Positions 1 through 13,744 of a DNA stretch of 64,000 bases are shown here, in pieces. A program made the translations under genes and the position numbers. The first letter of the stretch is position 1; every line of letters starts with the position of its first letter. Source of the stretch: Lama glama (lineage: Eukaryota); assembly GCA_028534125.1 (NCBI GenBank), contig CM052817.1, positions 33,730,001-33,794,000 of the forward strand. Direction: 5' to 3'. The notes below the pieces were generated by a model. It made no database searches. It was given only the letters and a program-made list of their open reading frames with translations, and was not told where the DNA came from.

Positions 1-2499
1 TTGCTCAGTGGGATGTGATGTGTGTGGCAGGATGTGGGTTTTTGTGTTCTAAAGCATGCCGAATCAAAAGACTTTAGGAACTAAAAAATCAAAAAACAAA
101 AAACAACTCACCTCGTTTTCAACTCATGGATAATGGAAGTTGATTATGCTAATAATTGGAATATAGCGCCCTGTTCCAGCATAACTCCTTGTTGCCCAAG
201 TTCAGGTAGCCTGCAGATCAAAGCACACTTCCTTGCAGTTAAGGCTGGAAGGAGTGTGGCTGCAGGTTGCGTATTGGATCTGCCTCTGTTCCAGCCCCAG
301 GAGGGAGGCAGATCGTAGGGAGAAATAATCCTGCTGATGAAACAATAGCGGCCTAATCTAGCATCAAATTGGGGCTCCAAGCCTGTGGAGAGGTCTTTTT
401 GTTCTCCTTTTTAATGTATAATTCTACCTCTTAATTTAATGCAGACAGTTCTGCCTATTTTATACAGTATGGTAACAAAAAATGGCTTTTACTATTGGAA
501 GATTTTAAAACTGCTTCAAGATCCTTCTCATTTTTATTTATTTTGATTCTTACAATAGTGCGTTGAGGAAGGGAAGACTTTATAGCTGAGGAAATCACAT
601 GATTTCTAAAAATCATAACAATTCCAGCAATGAGAACCTTGGGATTAGAAATTCCAAATACACTAATTCCAATGTTGTTTGCGCTACAACACACAGAGGA
701 AAAGCAAGAGTTACTGGGAAATGTCAGTGTTCAGAAGTAAGTTGCTTTGCTTCTTGAAATATTTCAAAAGACAATTGATGGACTAGCTGGCCTGCAGAAC
801 TGTTTTGCATGTCTGTGTAAGAGCAATTTCTTTTCAGGCTCTACTACAACAGTTCTAATAATGGATATTATGATTTTAATAGCTATGTGGTCCATAAAAT
901 GCAGTTCAGGAAAATGGCTTAGAATATCCGAAACCATCATAAAACTAGGCAATTTTCCCTGGGTAACAGAGTGATAGAAATAAATGCTTCATTATCTCTG
1001 ACTTCAAATACATACAAGGATTAAGTCCAACCAGATTGTTACAGCAAAATTAATATACTGTGTTTATAATAGACACAATTTTTCACCCTCACCCTTAAAA
1101 TATATGTGAAAATTATATATATATGTGTGTGTATATATATATCCCCTTAATTAGCAGATCACAGCATTTTGTTCCACCCAGTTACATAAACATCATCCGT
1201 GTCCTGAAGAATAATGAACGCATCCCCCGTGTATTCCTACATGGATAATGTTTCCATCATCCACATTCTTGTCTACATATATAGTGACAGAGACATCAAG
1301 GACACATGGTCTCACATGGCTGGGGGAGTATATTTGCTCCCTGTTTCTGGTAATAGGCTAATTGGAATTTTAAAAAGATTTGCCACATTATCCTGGCAGA
1401 TGGTATTTTGCTTTATCATTATTCATGGGTATTAATGACTTCCCTCTGGAGCATGTGTATCCTGTCTATTTTGAATTTCATTACATTTCATGCTGACTGC
1501 TCCAAACAGAATCAGATCCAGTATTTTCTGTGCAGTGCCTTAAGCTGCAGATTGTTTGGTTGGTCCAAGTTTCAGGCTTGATGAGGAAGTAAGTAACTTT
1601 TCTTGGAAATGAAGAAAACCTTTTTTCCCCCTGTCCTGAGGATGGCATTACATTTCTTATTTTGTTGAGCTTGCTATCCCGCAGGATGGCGTGCGATATC
1701 TGGTGTATTAGAAGACAGTTCCAGAGTGGATGCATCTTTCACTAGCCTGAGGTTATTGGACATCCTTTCTTCCTAGAGAGGCTGGGGTTTGGTTTTCTAA
1801 ATGGAGAAAATGCATGAGAACATGATGCAGTGATCCGGCCCAAGAAAGTAATTTTTTAATTAATTCCTTCAACAAATACATATTAGAGAACAGCCTTTCC
1901 TTTGTTTTGTTGATCTCTAGAATGCTTATACCTAAATTAGGCAGCTGGCAGGCTTTCCACCTGGCTAATTACCTGAGGGGAACGTTATGTGACAGCAGAG
2001 CAGCAAGCAGAAAATTGTGGTGGGAGCAGGCCAGAGTCCTTGCTCGGGAGGAACAAAGAGCCTGGGGAGTAGGACATACAGTATAGCTTACTGGAGCCTT
2101 CTGATAAAACGAAAGCTTTTCTGCAACCAGAGTTCACAAGTGTTGTCTGAACATTTGCGAACGGAAGCTAGGGCTGGGGGAGCCAGACCGGGCGGCCTTA
2201 CTTCCTGCAATCCCTGTCCTGGTTTGATTCCAGACAACACGGCCACCTTCACATCCAACCTCCCAAACTTTTACCCCTCTCTTCTTTGGTGTTATTGAGC
2301 TAGGCACTGTTTTAGGTACTGGGATTCAGAAATTAATACAATAGACAACCGCGTCTCTGTATCATGGAAGACAGAGAGACTCCAGAGCAGAGGGCAGATT
2401 CGTTGGATGGCCAGTTTAATAAAGACATTGTCTCCTTCTGGGATGGAAGTTGGTCAGATTTGCTTGCAATTTTAAAAGATTGGTGTTTCCTAAGCTTAG

Positions 2500-2739
2500 G
2501 GTTCTGCAGCTGTGACACAAACCCATTCCCTGTGTACCATCCACCTAGGCCACTTGTATTGTCCCCATAGGGCTTTGGGGGCAGGGCAAACTAACATAAA
2601 GTTTGTGCTGTTTACTGTGTAAATCCTTTGTTTCTGAACCAGGAGTCTTGTATCTTTTGACAGCATCTATGAAACTATGGGGAACTAACTTATTAGCTTA
2701 CAAGTAGAATAAAATCTCAGACCCTTTACAGTCTTGACA
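2500..2739 (+). mobile_element. ERVL-class LTR 3' part (MER73/MER74-like)
   Basis: Ends ...TTAGCTTACAAGTAGAATAAAATCTCAGACCCTTTACAGTCTTGACA, resembling the recalled 3' end of these LTRs; family uncertain. Confidence 0.5.
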
Positions 2740-3740
2740 CTGACCCAACAGAGTACCAGTCAAGTAAGATCTCTCTTATCTCCTTTATTTCTTCCCCAAA
2801 TGATATCCCTCTCCTCTGAACTTTGGAGGGCCTGGTGGTAACAAAGTGAGTATGGGAGGACTTAAAAAGAAAGCTCTAGTTCGGGAAAATAGACAAGGAA
2901 TTCATCATATCCATCTCTTTACCACTGCAGCCTTTACTTCTTCAGGAGGTCCAAGGTGGAGAAATAGAAATTAAAACTTCACATGAAGTCTAGAGTTTAC
3001 AGTTACTATACTGGAGGAAGTGGAGAATATTTTATTGTCTATGCATGGCAAGAAATGTCAGTGAGTTGATTCTAAATTTTATCTAAAGGGACAGGAAGAA
3101 TGAACTTTACAGAACAGGTATAAAGGGGGATTTTTTGGGACACCAATAAATTAAGATAATTTTCTATCCTTACACCTGTTCAACACAACCATTCTACTTC
3201 AACTCTATAGAAAACAGGAAGGGAAAAAAAAAGGCAATTTCCCATTCCTATCTAGAATGATTGTGTTTTAGTGCCGCTGTTTGGCTTCTATTATAACTCC
3301 TTTTGCAACCAGAGTGAGACTCTAGTGATGGTTGAGTCTAAGAAATGTGCCTGGTGAGGTGACAGCATCACCATGCAGTAAGGTTGTGACACTCCAGTTG
3401 TGATTTTAGAAACAAGGATCCTTCCAAATTAAACCATAAAGTGGTATTTTGGCTGACTTGCCTAAAAAGACATTTCTTTAATCATTATTCAACAATCATT
3501 TTCCATGTATTATGTTGAGTCCCAGGGATACTGATGTCACTAATGTTCAGTGAACACTGTGGTGAATCGAATTATACTTCACAACTATATTCCTCTCCCT
3601 CATCTTCACAGGAGGACTAGATGTTTTCACTTTGTTGCTGTTAGGCTTGACCATGTGGCTCTCTTTTATTAACAGGATAATAACAGACGTGTTACAATAG
3701 ATACTCGAAATTTGCTTCTGTCAAAGGGCTTATGCTCTTG

Positions 3741-5100
3741 ACATCTTAACAATATTGAGTCTTCCAATCTGTAAACATGCTACATTTCTTCAACTACTTA
3801 GATCTTCTTTATTTTAACAGTAATATTTTGTAGTGTTTGGTGTACTTACATATATCTTGTTTTTTCTGAATATTTCATTTTTGATGTAATTATAAATGGC
3901 ATTATTTTCTTTTTCTATTTGAAGCTAGTGTATAGAAATGTAATGATCTTATATTCTGCAACTCTGTAGATTCCTAACGATTTTTTTTAACATAGACAAT
4001 GATGTTATCTGTAAGAAAATACAATTTTAATTCTTCCTTTCCAATTTGGATGCCTTTTATTTATTTTACTTATCTTATTGCAGTGACTAGGAATTCTAGT
4101 ACAAAGTTGAATGGAAATGGTGAAAGCTGATTAGGAAAGCTTTTTTCTGCATCTGATGAAATTATCATAAAAAAATTGAGATTATCATTCTTTTTTCATT
4201 TGTTAACATGGTGAACTATATTGACTGATTTCCAAAAGCTAAGCAGTTTTGCATTTCTGGGTTAAATTTCTCTGAGTTGTGATTATTATTCTTTTTATAT
4301 ATTGCCGGACTAATTTGATAATGTTTTAAGGATTTTAAAATTTATGTTTATAATGAATACTGGCCTGTAGTTTTCTGTTCTTGACATATCTTTCCTTGGT
4401 TTGGTGTCAAGGCAATAATGGCCTCATAGAATGAGTTGGGACATATTTCTTCCTTCTCTAGCTTCTGAAAGAGTTTTATGTAGAATTGGTATTATTTCTT
4501 TTTTAAATGTTTGATATAATTTACCATTAAATTCACCTGGGCCTGGAAGTTTCTTTGTTGGAAGGTTATAAATTAGGAATTCAATTTCCTTAATAGATAA
4601 AGGGCTATTCATGTTATTTATTTATTCTTGAGTAAGTTGGATAATTTGTGTTTTTGAAAGAATATGTCCATATCAATTATGAATTTTTTAGCATAAAGTT
4701 ATTGAATTTATTACCATAAAGTTGTTGATAACATTCCTTACTATACTTTAAAATTGTAAGTTTTGTAATGTTATCTCCTCATTTATTCATGATATTAATT
4801 TGTGTCTTACTGGTCATATTGATTAGAAGTCTATCAATTTTAGTGATAGTTTCAAAGAATCAGCTTTTGGCTTCATTGTTTGTCTTTTCTCTATTGTTTG
4901 TTCCATTTCTATTTCATTGATTTTTTTTAAACTATTACTTCTTTTCCTTTCTTTTGTTTGAATTTGTTCTTTCTTTTCTAGTTTCTTAAGGTAGAAGCTT
5001 AGTTAATTTATTTGAGACCTTAATATTTTCTAATGTAAGAATTTAGTGCTATACATTTCCCTCTAAGTATTATTTTAGATGCATCCTACAAATTTTGATA
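3741..5100 (-). mobile_element. Old LINE-1 ORF2 fragment
   Basis: ORF 4424-4612 (NSPLSIKEIEFLIYNLPTKKLPGPGEFNGKLYQTFKKEIIPILHK) matches the L1 ORF2 motif LNRPIT..EIE..I..LPTKKSPGPDGFT.EFYQTFKEE..PIL; T-rich plus strand. Confidence 0.9.
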
Positions 5101-5859
5101 AAATGCAGTATGATATATAATTCAAAGTACTACCAGAGTACAGAGAAAAGAGCTTTTAATTAATCTGGGGAATATTGCAGAGAAGCGTTTGAACTGGGCT
5201 TTGAGGGAATTTTTTTCTAGGCAGAGAGGAAGGTAGGAGAATTCTAATCCAAAAGAACAATATTCCAGGCTTCATGAATAGACCTTTCCTTTATAAAGTG
5301 TACTGGTGAATATTTAGTATCTATAGTCTACAGATAGAACATGTCTTTGAAAGGCAGGATCAGGAGGCTGAAAGTTTGGCTCTTGAAGTCATCCTCTTAG
5401 TTGATATCATTTTAAATGAGAATGGTATTGGTCCAAAAAAAGTCATAAAAAGGACTGTCATGTGTAGTTCTTGGGTACTGATCAGACTAAAGGCAAAATG
5501 AGGTACAAATGGAAGCAAGGGCAGTGGTCTGGTTACAACTCTTAGATATGGGTACAAAGTCATTAAGATGCATACATTTATCAGAGAAATATTACCTTGG
5601 AATCTCCAACTTCTGATCTACTTTTACAGCCATGAGATCTTTATCTTTGCATAATTTCTTACCCTCTGCAGCAGAAAATTATAGATTGGTTCATGCAACA
5701 TCTTTTCTATATATTGTTTTTATTGCTTTTTCCTAATATGAAAGTTGGAAAGCAGCTAGGATTTGCCATGTCACAGGATTGTGGTCAATACAATGTTGGT
5801 ATAATTTCTGAAGAAGACTTCCATGTTGCACTAAAAAGGGAAAAATTTCAGAAAAAGTT

Positions 5860-6130
5860 TTTTCTCTCTCACTTTGTCCTTCCCATTTCTTCCTGCCTGG
5901 AACTTGAAGACACTGCATGGAGTTGCAGCTGCCATTTTTTGACCAGGAAATTAAAAAGCACACACTAAAAATTGCAGTCCAAGAGACAAAGTCAGTCTCC
6001 TTGATGACATTCTTGCACAGGTGCATTAGTTCTGACCTACATACTTCCAGATTCCTTTTTTGCAAGACAGACATGCAAGTTTAAATGACAGTTTTTATGT
6101 TTTCTGTCACTTGCAACAAATGCATTCAAA
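5860..6130 (+). mobile_element. Ancient ERVL/MaLR-type LTR remnant (LTR16/LTR33-like)
   Basis: CTTCCTGCCTGGAA...GCAGCTGCCATTTT...TTCTGTCACTTGCAAC motifs. Confidence 0.45.
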
Positions 6131-6199
6131 ACTCAAAGTGATGCAACCCTTTTGCCACAAATGAGAAAGTTGTATGGGAATGTTTGTAATTCCAATCTT

Positions 6200-7520
6200 T
6201 AACGTACTTTCTTCACTGGGCTTCCAAGACATCAACCTCCCTTGGTTTTTCTCCTGCACTACTGATTGCTTTTTCTCAGTCTCTTTGCTGATCCTTCTCT
6301 TCTCCTGGCCTCTATTTATGTTGGAATGCCCTAAGGCTATGTCTTTGAATTTCTTTTTTTGGTCTCATCTATCCTCATAGCTTCACACAGAATTGAAATG
6401 CTGACAATTCTTAAACATCTATTTCCAACCCAGTCCTCTCTCCTGAACTACAGATTCTTGTGTCCAACTACCTACTCAACATCTTCATTTGGATGTCAAA
6501 GAGTTGACCTCTTAACCTCAAAACTTGACTTCTACTTCTTCCCTTAAGCTGGTCTACCTCAGTCTCCCTCATCTCCATTGATGGCAACTCTAATCTTCCA
6601 GTTGCTTATGCCCCAAATTTTGGAGTCATTCTTGACAATTCTTTTTCTCTTTCTCACACTTTTCATCTAATATGTCAAGACTTTGGCTCTACCTTAAGCA
6701 TATCCAGGACGTATTTAGAATCTGACCACTACCTCCATTGTAAAGCCACCATCCTGTGCCAAGCCACCATCACCTTTTACCTGGACTCCTGCAGTATCTT
6801 CCTAAAACGTTTATCTTGCTTTGCTCTTTCCCCTTCCATGACAGACTGTTTTCAATATAGCAGCCAGAGTGACCCTTCTAAGATGAAGTCAGATCATGTT
6901 CACCCCTTTGCTCAAAATCCTTCAGTGATTCTTCATTTTACTCAAAGTAAAACATAAAGTGTCTAAAATAGCTGTCAAAGTCCTGCAAGATCCAGCCTCT
7001 GCCACCTCTCCACCTTCTCCTGTTCTCTCCCTTGCCTTCTCCCTTCCAACCTTACTGGCCTCATTGCTGTTTCCAGAACACAAGGGCAAATCCATGTTAT
7101 GGCCTTTGAACTGGTTGTTCCCTTTGCCTGGAATGTTCCTCCTTTAGCCATGCTTGGATAATTCCCTCAGTTTACATGTGTGCTCAACTTCACCCTTTCC
7201 ATGAAGCTGGCCATCACTGCCGATTTAATATTGACATCGGCACCATCCACAACCCAACCCATGCTGCCCCTGCCCCCAGTACTTCCTGTCTCACCCTGTT
7301 CTACTTTCTCTCCCTGCCAAGCCTGAATCCAACTTGTAACCTTCTAACTCAATATATGGTTTATCAATGAGCTCATTGCTATTTTCTGTCTCCTCTGCTA
7401 GATTGTAAGTACATGATGGCAGGATTTGTATCTGCTTTTTCACTGATGCATCCTCGGTGCCTAGAATAATGTCTGTTCCAGAGTAATTGCTTAGTAAATA
7501 TTTGTTGCAAGATTAAATGA
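6200..7520 (+). mobile_element. LINE-2 (L2a-like) 3' region
   Basis: CTACTCAACATCT..GGATGTC, GCAGCCAGAGTGA, GCCTGGAATG and terminal GTGCCTAGAA...GTAAATATTTGTTG..AATGA motifs. Confidence 0.85.
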
Positions 7521-9436
7521 CTCCCTCACCCACAAAGGGAGGAGTTACAGTAGGTTTAGGGCAGCAGACTAACTGAGAAAGCAACTCTGGAGGTCAAATT
7601 CAATGTTGACCCAAAGCTCCTGCCCATGTGCCTCAATACAAATGCCTATGACATAATGGCTGGGCTTTTCTCTAGTTTAAAAAAAATAAAAGGGATAGCA
7701 AACACTATAGCAAATGTGTGGGATGTTTTTAGCAGGGACAACACATCTGAAAAGTGCTGAGAAAAGTGTTTAAGTAGATTGTCTCTTGAATCCAGAAAAA
7801 TCAAACCCTCCATTGAGGGCTATTTGCCACCATAACATCCTTTATAGACCTAAGGGAAGAATCACATTTTTATTTTAAATAAAATCTGGAGTTTTACTGG
7901 CCATTACTCTGCCAAGGAAAGAAAATGAAAATTCAAGTTATTTGAAGCCTGGACACACTTTCATGATTAGCTAGGCTGTGTAAAAGTTGGTGGCTTTGTT
8001 CTTCCTCCTGTGTAAGTAGGTCCAGGCCCTAGAAAGATGGGACCAGGTTATAATTGTTTCTGAAAAGTGTGCTACAAAAATGGATGGTCTGTCCAAGCCT
8101 GGAGTGAAGCAGAAGCAAGAAGAGCCGGAGGCAGAGGAATTTCTGGTCGTGAGCACTAGTGGAATGAAGTGTGTGGGTGGCCTCGGGTGGTGGCTGTTTT
8201 CTTAAGAAATACACTTGCGTATTTGTGGAACTTGAGGTGAATTTCTCAGAAACACTGACTTTTACCTCACTAAGATTGAGAATTTGTTCCATTTCTGGTA
8301 TGAATAAGCAAACATTGTTTAGTCTCAATTCCTCTCCAGATTCAGAACTCTGGTTAGGTTTCGATGGGGGCTACTTGGCAAAGAACCCAGTCCATCCACA
8401 GAGGCGTGCTTCAGCGAGGAGGGCGGTACACAAGGGTCTGCATTATGGTTTTGCTCCAGCTGAGGGCTGGCCACTTGATAGCGCTCTTCTGTGTTAATAA
8501 CACTACAGTGGAAATTCTTTATCCTTGTAGCTGTACTGTAGGATGGGGACCAGGGGACCTCCACAGAGCTGGGAATCCTGAGTGCCTCCTTAAATTTTGC
8601 ATCAGAGGCATCTCACTGGCCTCACCTTGTCGTGGTCCTGCTATACTCTGTTCTCATTCTGAACCACTGGGAGCTGGCATTAAATGCTCCAGGAAATCTA
8701 GAATTTCCTCATGCTGAGTTCCTTTAAATAGTGTCACCATCTTGATTCTGATGTCTCTGATCATGAACAAGCGTTTCCTTGTTAGCATCTTGAAACTGTG
8801 GAGAGCTCTTGGTGGAAATTGTTATTTTTTAGAATAACAATAGTAACAGTTTCTGCTGGAAAAGGGCATTTTCCTTCTACTTCCTTTTCTCCCCCCAGCA
8901 GTTTATCTTTCCTTTTCCCTTAAACATGATTTATTCCATTTCTATTGCCAAATCATTGTGTTTATAACAATAATAATTAAGAATCTGATGGAAAGTTTTT
9001 ATAAACTAGCAATTGGCTTTCAATAAAGGCTTAAGGGTCAAAATCTGTTTAGCTTGACTCCTGAAAAGTTCTAACTAGAATGATCATAAATCCAGTGTTT
9101 TTTTAAATACATTAGGGGAATCTTTTATTGATTTTTCTTTTTAAATATAGAGTTTTGTACATGATACCACATTAAGAAAAACCAACCAGTCCAGCTTCTT
9201 GTAGTTCTATCCCTATTGCTTAGATTAGATTGCAGAAATTTACTCAGATTATGATAAGAAATCCTGCACCTGCATAGGGTTGATGCTCCATAAATATGAT
9301 GCATGGACCAACTAGATCATCAGAAAAAATTCATAAGTTGGTTTTGCTGGGGAAAGTCACTAGCCGATCAGAGTCTGAGGGCTAATCATAATAATGAATA
9401 TGCTTATAATATGCAAAGACTGCTATCACATATCTT

Positions 9437-9910
9437 TTTTTCATTTTTCAACTTTATTAGGTAGTATTGTTACAATTTGACTGCACATATACAATATATT
9501 GCATGTAAATACATATATACAATATACTGCCCATTTTTTTTTAGTTTACATGTATGTACTGATCATTGTTTCTAAGAATAGTTTAAAGCTTTAGCTTTTT
9601 AAACTTACATAGTTATCAAAGGAATAAAGCCAACCACAAAATAAGAATCAACAGAATGTGGTAATCCAATCATAAAGGACAGTCAAATGTGCTTACACAT
9701 ATTCAAGAAATTAATCATCTAAGTTATAAATAATAGGTAGTTCATTTGTGTCCCCTTTTTTTTTTAGATTCCACATATAAGTCATATTATATGGCATTTT
9801 TCTTTCTCTTTCCAGCCCACTTCACTTAGAATGATGATCTCCAGGTGCATCCATGTTGCTGCAAATGGCATTATTTCTTTCTTTTTTATGGCTGAGTAGT
9901 ATTCCACACA
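9437..9910 (-). mobile_element. TSD-bounded chimeric L1 retrocopy (young L1 fragment + non-L1 segment + old L1-like terminus)
   Basis: 12-bp TSD ATCACATATCTT at 9425-9436 and 9911-9922; L1 ORF2 end/3'UTR at about 9722-9910; minus-strand AATAAA at 9453-9458 before the A-tail. Confidence 0.8.
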
Positions 9911-9975
9911 ATCACATATCTTAAATAAGGCTCATGATAACCACATGAACCAACTCTTATTATTATTATTCCAAT

Positions 9976-10208
9976 CAGCTGACCCTTGAACAACACAAAT
10001 GTTGGGGTATCCACCCTCGGCCCAGTTGAAAATCCATGCATAACTTGTAGTAGAGCCTCCATATTGGAGGTGCCTCTGTATCTGCGGTTCTACACCCACA
10101 GATTTATCCAACCTTGGATTGCATAGTGCTGTAGTATTTATTATTGTGAAAAAATCTGTGTATAAGTGGACCCGTGAAGTTCAAACCCATGTTATTCAAG
10201 GGTCAAAA
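9976..10208 (-). mobile_element. Tigger2/MER8-type MITE (TcMar-Tigger)
   Basis: TIRs CAGCTGACCCTTGAACAACA ... TGTTATTCAAGGGTCAA. Confidence 0.85.
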
Positions 10209-10276
10209 TGATTTATTTTAGAAGCAAAAGAAAATTCAAAGAATGTAGTAATATTTAGAATTATGAAGGAAGAGTT

Positions 10277-10808
10277 GTGATTTGTGACCAGGCCTTAATT
10301 TATAAAGGGCACAGAAAGGTTAATGCCATTGAAAGAAGATTTTTATTACTTACATTTCCTGAGAGGAGGGAGCACACATCAGGCCATGCAGGGCCATATG
10401 GAGAAGCACCAGATTCGGTCAGGAGACAGAATGAAAATGGAAAAGCATAGGCACAACCTTACTGGGACTTGTGTTGGGAAGGCAAGGCAGGATAAACAGT
10501 TTGTGGTTGGCTAGTTTGGATAATTTCAGCAAACTTGGGGGCTTAAGGGCTCTTCCAAGATCAAGATGTCTGCTATCTGGCCCTGGGTTGATTTATAACA
10601 GGGGAAATATGACTTGGTTTGTGAGAGTGAGATAAAAGAGATGGTTGGGGGTATGGGCTAGAGATTTGAAGAGTTTGTAATACGATTTTTGTGCACCTGA
10701 GAAAGCTGGATTGCAGGGCAGATGTAAACAGCTTTGGTCATCAGTCTGGCCCTGTGATTAATGAATGCCAAACAGACAAGTACAGCCCACGAAAATTCAG
10801 TTAGGACA
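10277..10808. mobile_element. ERVL-class LTR (MER76-like)
   Basis: About 530 bp with LTR-like motifs (TTTATTACTTACATTTCCTGAGAGG, GGTTGGCTAGTTTGGATAATTTCAG); family from recall. Confidence 0.45.
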
Positions 10809-13069
10809 AAAGGGCATCAGTGCAGGAGCCTGACTCCAGGTGCCAAGCTCTTTCCATGAAACCACCTAAACTCCATGAAATTCTCCCCATCCCATCCTCT
10901 GCATCCCTTTCCCAACTCCAAATCTTCTCATTTGCAACATCATTTACTGACACTTCCAGTCACTGGTTGCTTTAGTTGGAATCCTGACCCATCTGCTACA
11001 TCTTTCAGTTCTACTCCCAATTACTTCTTAGATTTGTCCTCCTCTTTCTCTATGCTTACTACCCTGGCCTTGGGACAGCCTATCTTGAATTCTAAGTCTT
11101 ATAATCCTATATCTACACCCAACCCTGCTTCATCCTGTTTCCAGAATGAGTTTTTGTAAATGACAGATTTGATTGCCTTGCTTCCTTGCTTACATCCTAC
11201 ATCCCTCCTTATCACCTTCAAATTTCTCAGCAGAATATAAAGGGTCTTTCATGATTCATTTCTTGCCCATCACCTATCTGGCTGTCCTACAAAACTATGA
11301 TGTTGTGTCCATCTACTGACCTGAGCCACAATCCTAGGACTAGTGCATTTTACTGAATATTTGGAGAATGAAGAGATAGAAAGAGATTGAAATTCTTAAC
11401 CAAACTGGTTCTCCCAAACAATTGAGTTTCAAAATCATGACCCTTAAATAGGGCACCATGGCTCTCTTTCTTACCTATGGTTTCCCTGTGGCTGTGACCA
11501 CAGCCCTAGACAACTGTGGGGTTTGGATTTCAGAGCCCTAGGCCAGGGGCTGTCTGCATCTGGTCACTGATGGTAACAAGCTGGGGACAGACCTGGGCAG
11601 GAGCTGCTGGGTTGGAGAGAAGATCCAGAATAAGGACACATCTAAGGAATCCCTGGGTGAGGGTGGAGTGTCAGGATATGTGAGCGGGGAGAGGGGGGCT
11701 TGGAGAAGGGGGGCCCTTAAAGGGTAGGTCCTGGGGAGCAGGCATACAGAGAGGACATTTTTACAAGTTCCTAGTTATATTTATTTGGAGTTTTCCTCTG
11801 ACCATTTGAAGCTGTTAAGCAGGGGGAAAAAAAAAAGGAATTGAGTCTCATTGGTTTACAGGAAATGGACTCATGGGTACTTTTATTTTGGTTACTGTTA
11901 ACTTTCTCTTGCAAGGTCTTTAAGATTCTTGTGCTTAGAATAGGGATTATAATGCATTCAAGGTATCAGTTTCTTCTAGTTTAAATCTCTTATAGTTTAT
12001 GAACCAGGCCTGGAATAGTCATTGGACTGCAGATTGTTTCAAGTACCACAAGGGGTTGCTAGAGAGCAACAAAGCTTTAAAGAAACTTCTTTAAAATTTC
12101 CCCTTTTGGCCACATCCTCATTTCCTTAGTCTTGGTAGAAAGCAAGATGTTTTCTTCCATTTGGGGGTTATATTTACTTAGTAGATACGGCTCTGCAGTG
12201 GGTTATCCATACTTGTCTGCTTGTAATAATTTTCTTTATACCAATCCCTCAAAGAGCTTTATCTGTCTTTCCTCCTATTTGGAGGGGGTCCCAATATGCT
12301 TTCCTATTCCTCAGCTACTTGAATGTGATCTAAATCAACATGGTCTTCAGAAGAAAGGAATAAGTTTGGCCTCATGTATCCACCAGAGAAAAAGCTAGCT
12401 CACCAACATCTCTCTGTCAGTTACTAAAGGATGCCTCTTACGGATGAAGAAATTGTGAAAAAGTACCACTGCTTCTGAGGTGATCTAGTCTGACCTTAAG
12501 GAAGACTTTGGGAGCTAAGCTTAGGCTGGATTTCAACCCTCACTCACTCCCTTAGCCAGGCAACCTGGAGACAAAATTCTGGAAGAATCAGTAGACCAAA
12601 GGGAACTGAGAATAACATGAGGTTTATTTACATATTTTTTAAAATTTTTTTCTGGAAATTTTGTGAGGGAACTTTGTACAGAGTGTGTTTGCAGCTGAGA
12701 TGTTTGCACTTTCCACATTGTCTGAAACATCCTAAACGTTGCAATTATTCAATTATAGCTGTTAGATCTTAATCACAATGAGCACTGTTTTTGTATTTCT
12801 TTTATGTTTGTGGAGTTAACATTCTCTTGTGATTCAAAGATGCTCAATTGCTAACAGACTCCCAAGGGGAGGTATTTAGGATGATATACTTTGGCTGTTG
12901 TGTTGCCAGTTCAAGATATTACAAGAAACATAGAAAATTTCCCTGATGATATATGAAAGAGCTTTTTGTTCCTTCATGCACCAGCCTAGCCTGATTTATT
13001 CCTTCCTGTGCATCCCTGCACAGTCTCCTTCTTGAATTCACTCTTTCGACTGATTATGACAAGAATGAT

Positions 13070-13550
13070 CTATCAGTTAGATTATGTATGACTGCATAAA
13101 CTACAAAATCCAAACATCAGTAGCTTATCCAGCATAGAGGCTCATTTTTAATTTCACATAACAGAAGCCTGGGAGTCACCTAGGCTATAGTAATTCCACA
13201 GACATCAGAGACCCAGAAACTCTCTTCCTGTCCATTTCTCCCCACTTTATCTGCAGCTCTTACCTCCAAAATTACCTCATGGTCTAAGATGGCCACTGGA
13301 GCCCCAGCCCTCAGGCCCGAGTTCCAGGGAGAAAATAAAGGAAGGTACATGCCTCCTTGCTGAGTCAGACCCCTCAAGAGTCTCATTCAGCAACTTCCAT
13401 TTATAACCCATTTGCCATCCCATCTGCAAAGGATGCTGGGAAATGTAGTTTTCTGGCTAGACACGCTAAGAGTCTTGACAACATATGAGCCTGTTATTAA
13501 GGCAGAAGGGAGAATGGACATGGGGTAGGCTACTAGCAGCCTCTACCACA
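13070..13550 (-). mobile_element. Old MaLR/ERVL LTR (MLT1J/K/L-like)
   Basis: AAGATGGCCACTGGAGCCCCAGCC, CTGCAAAGGATGCTGGGAAATGTAGTTT. Confidence 0.6.
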
Positions 13551-13744
13551 TATAAGAATTCAATCGCCCGGGAGAATACAGAGATTAGGAAACAAAATGC
13601 AAGCGGAGTAACACATGGAGAGTTGCTACGTTGTCCTCACAGTCACAGAATGGCTATCTATTCAGTGGCTGTTAGGTGGAGTCCCTCCACCTCTCTTTTC
13701 TTGACCCCAACTAGCCTCACTTACCATCAGTCTGTTCCCTAGTC

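Noticed and set aside
455..974. Cluster of ORFs with hydrophobic stretches as a pseudogene
   Set aside because: No frame matched a protein I recognise; other frames have frequent stops
12055..12070. Second X-box-like palindrome GTTGCT-AGAG-AGCAAC
   Set aside because: The 4-nt spacer is outside the usual 0-3 nt RFX spacing and there is no promoter context
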